This document shows, piece by piece, positions 37,874-52,606 of a stretch of 64,000 bases of DNA (positions are counted from its first letter, which is position 1; the number at the start of each line of letters is the position of its first letter). The translations under genes and the position numbers were made by a program. Source of the stretch: Octopus vulgaris (lineage: Eukaryota). The DNA is taken from contig OX597824.1 in the NCBI GenBank assembly GCA_951406725.2, positions 36,890,001 to 36,954,000 of the forward strand. Reading direction: 5' to 3'. The notes below the pieces were generated by a model. It saw nothing but the letters and a program-made list of their open reading frames with translations. It searched no databases and was not told the DNA's origin.

Positions 37874-38804
37874 AATAATAATAATAATAATAATAATTAT
37901 AACAATCCTTTCTATTATAAGCACAAGGCCTGAAATTTTGGGGGAGGGGACTAGTCAATTACATCAACCCCAAAAGGATGAAAGGTAAAGACAACTATGG
38001 CAGAATTTGAACTCATGACATAAGGATGGATGAAACGCTGCTGAGCATTTTGCCCGGCATGCTAACAATTCTACCAATTTGTAATAATGATAATGATAAT
38101 AATAATTCTTTCTACTATAGGCACAAGGTCTGAAATTTGAGAGAGGGAGGATAGTTGATTTCTCCCCTTCCCCCTACAACCATCACCACCACCACCAATA
38201 CACAGTTGGTACTTATTTTACTGACCCCCAAAAGGATGAATGACAAAGTCGACCTTGGCGGAATTTGAACTCAAAATGTGATAACAGATGAAATACTGCT
38301 AATGATGATGATGATGATAGTTGTCTGCTTTAAAAAAACATTAAGCAATGCTCTAAAGCTAGAAAACATAAAAACACATCATCCATATCAAATTGAATGT
38401 AGCTAATCTTTGCTAAGTCAAAGGATTATCCAACAAAGATTTGCTTTTGTTTTTATTTTTATTTTTAATCGTATAATGAAGCCATAAAATCCTTACTCCT
38501 AGGTTTCCAGTGCAACACCAAATTATACAATTATATCTTTTGGAGGTTAGTGTTTCAAAAATCACATTTTGTCAACTGTAATTTTGTGTTTGTTAATGTT
38601 GACCCAAAATCTAAGATTCTATCCTAATATTCACTCTTTCTATCATAAAAGAAAAACTTGTTTAAGAGTACAACTCAGTGAATATTTCCATTGAGCTCAC
38701 TTCTCTAGTTTACTTGATTTTGCAGTATTTTCTTATCTTTTCTTTCATAGGAAGAAAGGACATGCTTATTTTATACAAGAGTAAATAAAGTTTTAATTTT
38801 ATCA

Positions 38805-39180
38805 CGTAGTGAGAAGCTCGCTTTCCAATCACATGGTTCCAGGTTCAGTCCCACTGTTTGCTGCTCTGGGCAAGTGACTTCTACTATAGCCTCAGGCCAA
38901 CTAAAGCCTAGTGAGTGGATTTGGTAGATGGAAACTGAAAGAAGCCTGTCATATGTGTGTGACTTCAAGTTTGTGTTTGTTCCCCACCACTACTTGACAA
39001 CTGATGCTGGTGTGTTTATGTCCCTGTAACTTAGTGATTCAGCAAAAAGAGACCGATACAATAAGTACCAGGCTTAACAAAAATAAGTACTGGGGTCAAT
39101 TCATTCGACTAAAAATTCTTCAAGGCAGTGCCCCAGCATGGCCACACTCTGATAACTGAAACTAATAAAAAATAAAAGAA
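38805..39180 (+). mobile_element. SINE family 1 (diverged subfamily)
   Basis: Matches the family pattern; tail variant shared with 53883-54272 and 56250-56605. Confidence 0.8.
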
Positions 39181-39351
39181 AAGATATCCCTTTATGAAGA
39201 ATTCTAACCTCTAAGAATTTGAATTGTCTTTAACAATTTATTTAAAATTCAACTTAAATAATAAACAATAAATTGCCCCAAAATAGGCCCGGAATAATGA
39301 GTTTCAGTACAATCACTTTGGTTTCCTGTTAAACAAATCTATATAGTGTTG

Positions 39352-39856
39352 ACATCATCATCAACATCATTTAACATCCATTTTCCATGCTGGCATGATT
39401 TGGATGGTTTGACAGGGCTGCACCAGACTCTATTGTCTGTTTTGACATGGTTTCTATGGCTGGATGTCCTTCCTAATGCCAACCAATTTACAGAGTGTAA
39501 TGAGTGCTTTTTCATGTGGAACCAGCACAAGTACTTTTTTCATGTGGCACCAGCACCAGTGCTTTTTCATGTAGCACCAGTACAAGTATTTTTTCATCTG
39601 GCACCAGCACCAGTGCTTTTTCATGTAGCACCAGCACCAGTGCTCTTTTATGTGGCAGTAGCACCAGTGCTTTTAACATGACACCAGCACCAGTTCTCTT
39701 TTATGTGCCCCAGCACCAGAGCTTTTTCAAGTGGCACCAACACCAGTTGCTTTTCATGTAGCACCAGCACCAGTTGCTTTTCATGTAGCACCAACACCTG
39801 TGCTTTTAACATGACAATAGCACCAGTGCTCTTTTATGTGACACTAACACCAGTGC
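39352..39856 (-). mobile_element. RTE-family 3' tail with an expanded ~26-bp tandem array (ttttcatgtggcaccagcaccagtgct)
   Basis: Tail at 39352-39505; about 13 repeat units at 39505-39856. Confidence 0.75.
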
Positions 39857-40244
39857 ACGCATGCATGTGTGTGTGTGTATGTGTGTGTGTGTGCATGTCT
39901 ATGGGAGTGTTTGAGGAAGTAGAGACAGAGCCATAAATAAATTAATCGAAAGATAAGAGAAAAAAACCACTGAAGGAAATATCAAATAACAGTCACAGTA
40001 GATGATGCTGTTTCGCTTAAAGAATTCTTATTTTTTGTGCATGGTGTGTGTAAGAGAGAGAGAGAGAGAGAGAGAGGGGGGAAGAGGAGAGAGAGAAGGG
40101 AAGAGGAGAGAGAGCAGGAGGATGAAAAGAGACAGAGCAAGGAGGGAGAGGGTCAGTGCATGTGTTTGCCCACATGGTGTGTTAAAGCGTATGTCTTGAG
40201 TAGTTGGACTACTAATTATGTGTGTATGTGTGTGAGTGTGTGTT

Positions 40245-40290
<46 letters not shown>

Positions 40291-40380
40291 TGAGCCTGGT
40301 GCAGCCATCTGGTTTGCCAGCCCTCAGTCAAAATCGTCCAACCCATGCTAGCGTGGAAAGTGGACGTTAAATGATGATGA

Positions 40381-40581
<201 letters not shown>

Positions 40582-40982
40582 TAGTGTATTTTGGGCAAAA
40601 AGATACATGTGTTTTTAAAAGCTCCTATGCGTATGGTCGGCTTCCATAAGTTACTTATTTCCGGGGGTAACTCAGAGCATGGGTTTGCATGCAGAACTCC
40701 TGTCTACTTAGGATTAATAAAATAAAAATAGCAACAACATGAGGATGGAAGTTGACAGTCTTCAATGGTATACCACAACATATATCTCAGCTCCCCACAC
40801 CAGCATTAAGTTGTAATTTTCATATTCAAATACATAATTATTAAGAGTAATCTTAAATAATGTTATATGAATAAGAAAATTGCAACTTAATGCTTGTGTG
40901 GGGTGCAGAAACATATGTTGTGATATACCATTAAAGATTGTCAACTGCCATCCTCATTATTATTATTATTATTATTATTATT

Positions 40983-41538
40983 GAGTGAGAGAGCAGTGCA
41001 TGCCATCAAAGTGACACTGGGGTAAAATATACGAAGCCCAGTATACCCATCATGACTACCCGTCTGATAAGGGTACACCAGGCACATGCATCACAACTAT
41101 ATGTGCGCGACATGGTGATCTCATATGAAGACAAAACTGCACATGACCTTGCAGGTGGGGCCCAGTTAGAATTTTCTTCTGGTCAAGTAACCCAATCCGC
41201 TCAAACGGTCCCTGAATAAAGGTTGTTTAAGGATGTTGAACGAAACACCCATGTTTCCAGAGGTGAATTATTCAAACCCCAAAGAATCCCTCTCAACACA
41301 TGGCTATGATGCTCCCCAACTTCTTCTGCTCATGATCAGAGGTGCACATATCGTAAGCCACTAAGGGACATGCTCAACTGGTTACGGTCAAACAACTGAC
41401 AAGCAAATCTGTGGTATTGAGTAGAATATTTGCTGTAGCCCATCTTTTACACCAAGACAAAACAATGTACATGATAACACTTCCAATCAGTTAAGATCAG
41501 AAGCCATGAGGGCCACTGTCTGGTACTGCATCAGGGCA
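40983..41538 (-). mobile_element. ~550-bp (AAT)n-flanked non-coding element, uninterrupted copy
   Basis: Reverse-complement match to 37107-37873; (ATT)n on both sides. Confidence 0.8.
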
Positions 41539-42060
41539 TTTATCATTATTATTATTATTATTATTATTATTAAGGCAATGAGCTGGCACAAGTGTTAGCA
41601 TGTCAGGCATTTCGTCTGCTTTTACAATCTCAGTTCAAATTATGCCAAGGTCAACTTTACCTTTCATCCTTTTGGGGTTGATAAAACAAGTACCAGTGGA
41701 ATATTGGGCTTAATGCAATTGACCTACTCCCTCCCATGAAATTGCTGGCCTTGTGCCAAAATTCGATATCATATTATCATTATTATTGTTATTATATATA
41801 TATATATATATAAAAGAAAATGGAGAAATTGACATGCAGTTTATTTAAAGGTCATCAAAACCATATAATGAAATTCCAGTCAATTTCTCCATTTTCTCCT
41901 TTTTCTCATTCATAAAATATTTCCAAAACTATAATGCAAAAATATCAATGCAAAAATATATTTAGTTCTCACTAAACACCAATATAAACCAGAGAACTAG
42001 GATGCTAGCGTCTCTTAAAGATTATAGGTCCTTGATACAATGTAATTATGTGTGTGTGTG

Positions 42061-42094
<34 letters not shown>

Positions 42095-42098
<4 letters not shown>

Positions 42099-42972
42099 AG
42101 GTCTGATCAATAAGTATCCGGACTGCTGTCATAGTAACAAAGCTAAAGCATGCAGAGTGAAGCTGCTTGGCAAAGAGCAACAAAGATTGACCTTGAACTC
42201 TGCTGTGTATGTGCACTAAGTTTTAACATTCTAGCTCACTTCCACTGTTTGCAGCGGTGCTTTGGAGGAAGTTGTGTATCATGTGATCATCACATTGACC
42301 ATGATAGAGAAAGTTGTCATGGTGACACCTGCTTGAAGCCTATGCAAAGTTGCAGAAAGTGTATCGAGAGGAGTGTTCGAGCTGCACACGAATGCATGAA
42401 TTGTTCAAACATTTTCAAGATGGCCAAAAAATGTCATTATTGATGAACAATCTTGGAGACCCACAACCAAAAACTGAGACAATCATCACAGATGTGCATG
42501 CAGCTGTGAGGGGAAATTGTTGAATCAACATCCAAGAGTTATCAGAGGATGTACAGATTAGTTATGGTTCAGTTCAGTCCATTATCACTGAAAATTTGTG
42601 TAGGAGATGTGTGCCTGCCAAGTTTGTGCCAAAACTGCTTTCAGCTAACCAAAATGGCATTCGGGTTTCAGTTGTATATGATTTCCTTGATTGTGTCAAG
42701 AACAATAAAAACTTTTTGAAAACTTTGCACAGGCTTCTGATGAGGTATCGCCAAGCTTTTGGCAAAATTTGACGCAGATTCTCTGCACAACTTTCTCTAT
42801 CATGGTCAATGCGATGATCACATGCTACACATGTTCCTTTCAAGTATTGCTGTAAACAGCGAGAATGAGTGAGAACTTAGTGCACATGCACAGCAGAGTT
42901 CAAAGTTAATCTATGCTTCACTCCACATGCTTTAGCTTCGTTGCTATGGCAACAGTCCAGATAGTTAATGAC
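42095..42972 (+). mobile_element. Non-autonomous mariner with long (~200-bp) imperfect inverted ends and a transposase remnant
   Basis: gaggtctgatcaataagtatccggactg...gctaaagcatg versus catgctttagc...cagtccagata; internal ELSEDVQISYGSVQSIITE...AKFVPKLL. Confidence 0.78.
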
Positions 42973-43021
42973 TATGGAAAATGGTCTAATAACAGGGCAT
43001 ACATAATGTAATTAATGTAAA

Positions 43022-43350
43022 TAAGGTTAAGTACCAGTTGAGTACTAAGGTCGATATAATTGACTTACCCCACCCCTAAAATCTCAGGCCTTGTGCCTAT
43101 AGTAGAAAGGATTATTATTATTATTATTATTATTAAGGTGGCGAGCTGGCAAAATTGTTAGTGTACAAGGCAAGCTGCTTAGCAACATTTCATCTCTCCT
43201 TACGTTCAGAGTTCAAATTCTGCCATACTTGACTTTGCCTTTCATCCTTTCGGGGTTGATAAAATAGGTACCAGTTGAGCACTGGAATTAAAGTAATCAA
43301 TTTACCCCCTCCACCAAAATTGCTAGACTTGTGCCAAAATCTGAAATCAT
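43022..43350 (+). mobile_element. Two SINE family 2 copies joined by (ATT)n
   Basis: 3' fragment, (ATT)n, then a full copy; similar arrangements at 41572-41770 and 49945-50380. Confidence 0.75.
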
Positions 43351-44266
43351 TATTGTTATAAGTAGTAGTAGTAGTAGTGATCATCATCATTGTTCGACCG
43401 TAGTCGAGACAATGGAATTTACCATGCTACGCCAGACTTCACGGTCCATCATAGCATTACAGAGGTCCTGTTGCTGGATGCTTGTATCCCTGGATTGCGA
43501 ATTTTTATATAACCCTTAGTAGTAGTAGTAGTAGTAGTAGTAGTAGCAGTAGCAGTAGCAGCAGCAGCAACAGTTGCAGTAGCAGTAGTAGCAGCCACCA
43601 GGACAATAGCTGTGACAGAAGTGATACAACCAAGCATTATGTCGAGAATATTTCCAGGCATCTGATGCCAAAATTTCCAAGAATCTAAAAACATTTCCTA
43701 TCAAAACTATCAAACAATATTTGATAAAGTAAAACAAAAACGATAGCTTTATTTTTGTTTATATATTATATTTTGTTTATATTTTATATTTTGTTTATAT
43801 TTTATATTTTATTTATATTTTTTTGTTGTTTTGTTTAATCTATCGTGCTGCTTCTCTAGTATTAACCTCACTTGACACCAACCATAGAAAGTTCCAGAAC
43901 CAAAAATCAAAACAAAAACAAAAAAGATTAAAAAGAATGAATGAAAGAGATATTGCTGCATAACAACATCATCACATGTAAAAGCCGAACATGGAAATAT
44001 ATTTATTATGGAAGAACCGAGAGACGTAAAGTGCTGCCGTGATGTACAATAAATGGGAAGAACTTATGAGTCATCAGTGTGTAACCAATGAACAAGCAAG
44101 TGTGAAGGAACTAGCTACAGGATAGAAATCTAAATTGCCTTTCTCTTTCACAGAACTCTTCAACAACTGACTCAAAATGAGAATATCAGGGATGGAGAGG
44201 AATGGATGAGAGGGAGCAACAGACTAATGTGACTGTATCACAACAACAACCGAATGAAAAGTAAAT

Positions 44267-44670
44267 ACTCTTTACTCTTTACTCTTTTACTTGTTTCAGT
44301 CATTTGACAGCGGCCATGCTGGAGCACCGCCTTTAGTCGAGCAACTCGACCCCGGGACTTATTCTTTGTAAGCCCAGTACTTATTCTATCGGTCTCTTTT
44401 GCCGAACCGCTAAGTGACGGGGACATAAACACACCAGCATCGGTTGTCAAGCAATGCTAGGGGGACAAACACAGACACACAAACATACACGCACACATAC
44501 ATATATATACATATATACGACGAGCTTCTTTCAGTTTCCGTCTACCAAATCCCCTCACAAGGCTTTGGTCGGCCCGAGGCTATAGTAGAAGACACTTGCC
44601 CAAGGTGCCATGCAGTGGGACTGAACCCGGAACCATGTGGTTGGTTAGCGAGCTACTTACCACATAGCCA
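44267..44670 (-). mobile_element. SINE family 1, CpG-rich young-looking copy
   Basis: Close match to the other copies with CpGs retained. Confidence 0.9.
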
Positions 44671-44869
44671 TTTTTAGCAAAATACAATCCCAGATTTCTA
44701 AGTTTGATAGTACAGAAATTAATCATAGTACACAGTTTATGACTGGTATTTATTCTATTGACTTTTAGCGTCGTCAAAAGCTATGTTGGAACTCTGAAAC
44801 ACAAGTCCAGGTTTCTAAGTTTGACTTTATACAGAGACTTGAAAATAAACATGGTGCATAGTTTATTCT

Positions 44870-45273
44870 TTTATTCTTTTATTCTTTTACTTGTTTCAGC
44901 CATTTGACTGCAGCCATGCCGGAGCATGCCTTGAAGGGTTTTAGTCAAAAAATCGACCCTAGGACTTATTTTATCAGTCTCCTTTACCGAACCGCTAAGT
45001 TACAGGGATGTAAACACACCAACACCAGTTGTCAAGCAGTGATGCAGGGGGCAAACACAGACATAAAGACACACACTGATATATACATATATATATATAT
45101 ATATATGCATGTGTGTATATATATATATATATATACATACCAAATCCTCTCGCAAGGTTTTGGTCAGCCTGAAGCAATAGTAGAAGACACCCAAGGTACT
45201 ATGCAGTGGAACTGAACGTGGAACTATGTGGTTGGGAAGCAAGCTTCTTACCACACAGTCACACCTGTACCTA
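44870..45273 (-). mobile_element. SINE family 1
   Basis: Matches the family pattern. Confidence 0.8.
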
Positions 45274-45329
45274 TGATATATATATAACTGTTATTTATTC
45301 TGTTGACCTCTGTTATTTTATTATTTATG

Positions 45330-45630
45330 CGCCCTTTTCAAGCCTACCCAGGCTCATCGGCCCGGCTTCCCCGTTTCTATGGCGTATGTGTTCCTCCCAG
45401 CTGGACGGGACGCCAGTCCATCGCACTGTTACTCAAGAAACAGGAAGAAAGAGTGAAAGAAAATTGGGGCAAAAGATCACACCAGGGGTCGCCACCCACC
45501 CCGCTGCCGGAGCCTCGTGGAGCTTTAGGTGTTTTCGCTCAATAAACATACACAACGTCCAGTCTGGGAATCGAAACCATGATCCTCCGATCATGAGTCT
45601 GCTGTCCTAACCACTGGACCATTGCACCTC
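45330..45630 (-). mobile_element. SINE family 3
   Basis: Head ggaggtgcaatggtccagtggttagg; tail shared with 9488-9777. Confidence 0.8.
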
Positions 45631-48149
45631 CTTGTTGACCTCTAACATCATCAAAAGCTATACTGAAATCCTGAAGAATGTTACAGGTATTGTTATTCCT
45701 TCTCTGACTAAGTTGTTTCATTTCACTTTTCAAACGTCTCATGGAAAATAATTTAATCCTTTAAGATTTAAACTGGCCATATCTGGCCCAAATATTCTAT
45801 TTGCTTTATGTTCAAATTGTCAAGATCAGGCCACTTACACCTACCCTACAATGTCATTCTAAAAATAGACAATCACATCATTGCAATCTCAAATTTGACA
45901 GAATAATTTGAACACAAAGGTCAAATGGTAGGTCAGATGGAGGTGTCCAGATGACAGTGTCTTCTGGTCACAAGACATGGCATTTCAGTTGCTGCAAGGA
46001 ATTATAATGAAGGACTGTGGTTTAGTAAACAACATTATGAGGAGTCTAGAAATCTATTTTATGATTAGAATTCTTTGAAGACTTCCCAGGCAGGTAACAT
46101 CTAGGGCAAGCTAACCTGATAGAGTCTATCTTTCATCAATTTGCAGTCAAAATAGAATTTGAACTGTTATCACATAAAATATTCATTAACCTTACAGTGT
46201 TTATTTGTATCTGTAATATTAATTTGTGCCTAAGTTGTCTGGTGACAGATTATAAACCATCTTCTAAACCACAGACATAACAATGAAAGTGGTGAGTTGC
46301 AATAAATGCTTCCCAAGCATATTTTAAGAATCAATGCATGACTTTGTTTTTGCATTTGTTAAACAAATAAATATAAACTCTCTATGACCAAGGATGTTAT
46401 TCCATTACAGGTAACATTCCCAGTTGTGTGCGTCATAGGTATGAACCATTAACATGGTCAAATAGCCGTAACTCCATCAGCCAAATAGTCATAATTCGAT
46501 TGACTCAATCAGTTGGAACTCCTAAAGCACCATTATATTTCCTGTCTAAAATCTTGCCAGCATGTGCAAATTAACAATCACTTCTGCTATTTCACCATTA
46601 TAAACTAAATATAAAAGTAGTCTGCTAGAAGTAGAAGATGCTATTATCCCTCAAATCATACTCTGTATATAGGACACTGATTAAAAATAAAAGATGGAAT
46701 GATTCCAACTAGAATGTCTTTAATCCTAAACCTGCTCAATGAGGACCATCCTGGAGCAAAACAGCAGAAAATAATAATAGCAATTATACAACAGTAATGA
46801 TCCTTGAAATACAAAAATTTAAGCAAGTTAAGCAACTTGCCCAAGGACCAAATTCAAGGAATACAGATGAATATGAACTTTTAACCCAATATTACAATAC
46901 TTTCTATATTATAACATTACAGATCATCTGTCTCACAATAGAAATAATTTTATTTCTGTGTCTACAATTTACTTGGGTGGATAAATTTGAAATTCTTCAT
47001 AATTCTTTAAAAATAATCTTCCACCACTAAGTAGACTGAGTTTGGAAGAATTAAGTGCCTAACTCAAATATACAATGAAACTGTGGTGAATGTCAACTCA
47101 AAATTCATCAACTGATAACCCAAGTTGACCGCAAACCTACAGATCCTTTCATCTCTACAAAAAAATTCCACCTCAACAACAAAATATATTATTTCAATAT
47201 TCAGTTTATTCAAAATACAATAGAATAGGCTTAGTTTTTTTTTTAGATACTATTTTAAATCTTTTTTTTTTTTTTTTTCCTCATTTCAATGACTAAATTT
47301 CCTACCAATCAATAAGGAAATTAGTAAGGCACTATTAATTTTAGTCCAAACTGAGCCAAGATACATCAAACTTTTCAAATCTTCTAACATTTCTTCCCAG
47401 TGAAAATCTGCAAAAGACATTTTCAAGTCATAGCATCAAATGTTCTCTGTTAATCTAAGAAACATCTGCAAAATGTCTTCAATTTAAAATAAAATTTACT
47501 TCCCATTGACGAAGTGTATGACAGTTATTTTAGCAGGTCAGATGGTGACCTAATACTAATTACAAACAGCTCCCACCCAAGAAATGAGAACAGGACAAAC
47601 GTGCATTAGAGCTGAGTTTTAATTAAATTTGTCAATTAGGTCATCACCAAAATAATCTGTGGAATACACCCAAATCTTTCTGTCTGCCTAATTTCCTGTT
47701 GCTACATTTTGTTCTGGCCAAACCTCACGCCAGCAATGTAGGATGTATGAATTTTCCAATTTTACCTCTTGTAATCGTGTTTTCCAAACTCAACAAGCAC
47801 CACCCATATCCTTGTTGTGATAATTAGGAACAATATTTTCCACTCTCTTTCACAACTTCAACCAGGAATCAACACCAGATTTTCAAGATATCTTAAGAGC
47901 AATGACTTCATTTGAAGGAGTGAATCCTGTATGACAGGAGTGAATCAACAACTAATACAAATGAGAAAATGACTGAGGAAAAAATCCCCAGTCACACCTA
48001 CTGCATCAAAACTAAATAGTAAAGTAGACACTGGCTTACTAGTATACAAACATAATAAGCAAAGATATATTAATTTAATCAATATCACATCATTAATGAC
48101 GAGTACAAATTATTATCTAAATTATAAATTTTGGTTAAAAAAAGAAGGG

Positions 48150-49110
48150 GAGACAATATTTTTAATGTGTTTCGGTCTTATTTAGGCCTTGTTAGTAATG
48201 CATAATCAAATTCTTACTGCAGATCTTAGACTAACTAGAATGAGGTAAATGTATTAACTTGATAAACTTCAATTCAGACTGATCAGCCATGATTTCTATA
48301 AACAAAGATGATCCACATGTGACTATCTCATTTTGCTCTTCAGACAATACAGGAAATAATCATTTATGGTTGTTAATGTTCCCTGATAAAATTTTGGTTA
48401 ATGAATGTTTTGTCCATTAAATCTGAAATTCCTACTGCTTTTGCTTCCATTGCAAATGAATCGAATCAGTAAGATATAAATGAAGCTAACCCCTCCCTCG
48501 TTTTCAGAAGATTATACATCTTTTTTCTAAAACGAATCTTGCTTTAAATATATATTTATCTGCAAGCATAGTTTTCTTGATAGTTGGTTTGATTTTGCCA
48601 ATAATAGACTCAAAATCACCTGATGATATGGCAGTGTTATACAATAATGTAGAATTGTGTTATATTATGTAATATAACGTATTGCTGAATAAATGTCTAC
48701 ACTACTGAAACACATGTAGCAATGCTTTTGCACTGTCCATTCTTGTTCCTTTACAATATCATACACCCTGTAATGTATTAAAATATCTCATTGGTACATA
48801 AATTTCTGTTTGGATATATTTGGAGTACTTAAATGTATTCATGACTTTGCATCTGCTTTTCCGTGGGTATGTTGAAGTATTTCGTTTATTTTCATTTTGT
48901 GTTCCTCACTGATGAAGGAAGAATCCTTTTTGGATTAATCCAGAAATCGGAACCAATGCATGGATAACTATATTTTTATGAATTTCTGTTAGCTTGCTTT
49001 CTTGTTTCGACACATGGTGTAATAATATAAGTGAAAATATTTTCTGTGGTTAGACCATTTAGCATCTATTTCTCAGCATTTGGCAAAGAAAAGCTTTTCT
49101 TTTTGCCCTT
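48150..49110. mobile_element. Possible old Penelope-like element remnant with three decayed hammerhead-like motifs
   Basis: Minus-strand ESIIGKIKPTI remnant near 48580-48612 resembles PLE C-termini; CTGATGA cores at 48620 and 48909 (+), decayed core at 48170-48195 (-); abuts (TA)n. Confidence 0.35.
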
Positions 49111-49121
49111 ATTTATAATAG

Positions 49122-49175
<54 letters not shown>

Positions 49176-49256
49176 TGGAGTGTGTGTGTGCGCATCTGTA
49201 TATATATATAGATATATATATATATGTATATATATGTGTATATACATATGTATGTA

Positions 49257-49315
<59 letters not shown>

Positions 49316-49743
49316 TCTTTTACTCATTTACTCATTTCAGTCATGCAGCTGTGTTTATACTGGAGCACCACCATATGGATGTATATGTATATATACATAC
49401 ACACACACACACATGCATGCATGCACACGAACACACACACACACACACACACTGTTATGTATGAAATTTTCTTTCTTGCCTTAGAGAGAGCGTTATAATG
49501 AATATTAATGAACATTAATGAAAAGCTCAACTTAATCCATGAATGCACAATTCAAGATAGGGAAAAAAAGACAACCCTAACAAAGAAACTTTGAGTGGAT
49601 CTACCCCAGTGTTAGTAGGGCATTCTGTGTTTCTTTCATAGTTGTATGTTTGATACATGTTAATATAATTGGAATAAGACAAACAACAGTAATATCATCA
49701 TAATCACTACTATCATCACCACCACCACAACCACCACCACTAC

Positions 49744-49796
<53 letters not shown>

Positions 49797-50504
49797 GGAA
49801 TTTTGTTGTTATATTTGATTATTGATCTTGTTTTTCACTGTTTACACAACTTTCATGTAACCCCACATTGTATTTGTCCTGTGTTGCCCATAATTTTTTT
49901 TTTTTATGTAAACCCTTTGTGGTTAATAAAGAAATCATTATTATTCGACCGGCTTTGCCTGTCATCCTTTCAGGGTCGATAAATGAAGTACCAGTGAAAC
50001 ACTGGGGTCAATATAATCAACTTAATCTCCTCCTACAAGCTACCCTTGTAGCAAAAATATGAAATCATCATCATTATTATTATTATTATCACTATTATTA
50101 TTATTATTACTATTATTATTATTATTATTATTATTATCATCATTACTATTAAGATGGCGAGCTGGCTGAACTGTTAGCATGCTGGACGAAATGCTTGGCG
50201 GTATTTCACCCGTCATGACATACTGAGTTCAAATTCCACCGAGGTTGATTTTACCTTTCATGCTTTCGGGAGAAGGTGGGGCGATAAATTAAGTACCAGC
50301 TGAGTACTGGGATCAATGTAATCAACTATTCCCTGGCCCCCTGAAAATTTCAGGCCTTGTGCCTATAATAGAAAAGATGAATATTATTATTATTATTATT
50401 GGGAGGCTACTGCTATAGCTGGTGCTGCTACTGCTGCTACTACTACTACCACTACCACTACCACCACTATCGTTATTATTATTATTATTATTATTATTGG
50501 GAGG

Positions 50505-50540
<36 letters not shown>

Positions 50541-50573
50541 TTATTAGTAGTATTATTATTATCATTAGTATTA

Positions 50574-50623
<50 letters not shown>

Positions 50624-52569
50624 GGGAGGTTTGTATAGAAAGCAGGACTGTCAATTGATGAATGCTTGGCTGATTAATAGCAATGGTGATATAGTAATGG
50701 TTGAAGTAATGGTGGTGGTGGTAGTGATAATGGTGATGATGATGGTGATGATGGTGATGGTGACGGTGACAATGTGGTGGTGGTGGTGGTGATGGTGGCA
50801 ACAACGATGGAGGTGATGGTGATGAAGATGGTGATGGTGATAGTAGTGATGTGGTAATGGTGGTGGTGGTGGTGGTAGTGATGTGGTGATGGTGGTGGTG
50901 GTGGTGGTGATGGTTGGGATTAAGAGCGGAAGCCAATGATAGTCAAGTGATTTGCTAATACATACTTCGACAGAGCAACAACCAATTGTGTTTGTCAGCA
51001 ATGCAAAATGTATGTGAACACGCCACATTTTGTTCGTCAAACAGATTAGAAAATAAACCACGTTAAAATGTGCAGAAATCAATAAACGAGATAAACAAAC
51101 AATATAAATATACTCCTCTTGAGCTATTTTCGTTTTCTTCTTTTCTCTTTTTTATAATTTAAAAAAAATTCTTCTTTTTTTTTTTTTGTGATTTTTGTTT
51201 TGTTTGTGGTAATTTGTATATAAATCTGTCAGGAGAGTAATACTACCATTCTGATAGGTTTTGTGAAAATATTCAGAGATAGAAATACAGAAAAAAAAAA
51301 ATATTTTTAAAAAAATTAGTATATAATATCTTCCGCATCTTCATTTTCTCCTCTTTTAGCAGAATCTCTCTTTCTATCTCTTTTTGTTTCCTCTTCCTCC
51401 TCCTCCTCCTCCTCATCATCTTCTTATTCCTCCTCCTCCTCTTTTAACTTTTCCCCTCTCTTTAACACACACACACACTTTACCCTCTTTCTCTCTCTCT
51501 CTCTCTTTCTCTCTCTTCCTTCTATTTACATTTCTCCTCCTCTCCATCTCTTCTCCCTCCCGCCAATTTCATGTTCTTTCCTCTTTCATCCTCCCCAATT
51601 TTCTTTTCCCCCCCTTCCTACTCACCTGTTGTACCTCCATCTATCCACCACCTCCATCTCCCCCTATTTATCTAATCACTAACTCCCCCATCTCTGCACC
51701 CCACCGCCACCACCGCCGCCAATTTCAGGAGACAAGAGGTAAAGTGGGGGGGTGGCCCTGTTCTTTACATGTTTGATATAATCAAAGAAGCTGCTAAAAA
51801 CACCAAGAGCACGTGGTGTTGTTGTTGTTGCTGCTGCTGCTACTGCTACTACAGCTACTACTGCTGCTGCTGTTACTGTTGGAGCTCTTTGAAGCAAATG
51901 CAGCTGATTCACTGGAACCGTTTAACAAAAACTTGTAGAGATAGCAGTTTCTATTGTTGTTCATGTTTATGGTGATGATGTTGATAATTATGACAATGTT
52001 GATGGCGGTGGTGGTGGTGACAACAACAACAACGACGATGATGATGATGATGATGATGATGATGACGCCATTGCTACCACTGCTACGACTGCAATTGCCG
52101 GGGATTACACCAAAAAGAGATCAGGAAGTGTGACAGATCTGTGTCAATAATCAGTCTGTTGGACGAAACACACCACAAGAGATTAGCAGAAACAGGATGC
52201 TCTGGTTAGGGTATTAGTATAGGAGTGAGTATGTATGTATGCATGCATGTATGTATGTATGTATGTGTGTGTATGCATATATGTATGTATGTGTGTTTGC
52301 TTGTGTGTGTGTGTACATATGTATGCGTGTTAGTGTGTGCATGTGTTTTTATTCATATGTGCATGAGTTTACTATGTATGTTGATAAATCTGTGTGTAAA
52401 TACTAATGTTTGGATACAGGAACTTGTGCATGTATATGCGTGTATGTATATGTGTGTGTATATGCGTGCTTGCATCTAAAGAGATTCAAGTATGTGTTTA
52501 TAAACGTTTGTAATTATTTACAAGTGTGCAAAATATATGCATACATACATTTATATATATGTATATAAC

Positions 52570-52606
<37 letters not shown>

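Noticed and set aside
47766-47900. Possible minus-strand exon ending in AG|gtaaaa (similar case near 63035)
   Set aside because: No recognisable protein motif or clear acceptor.
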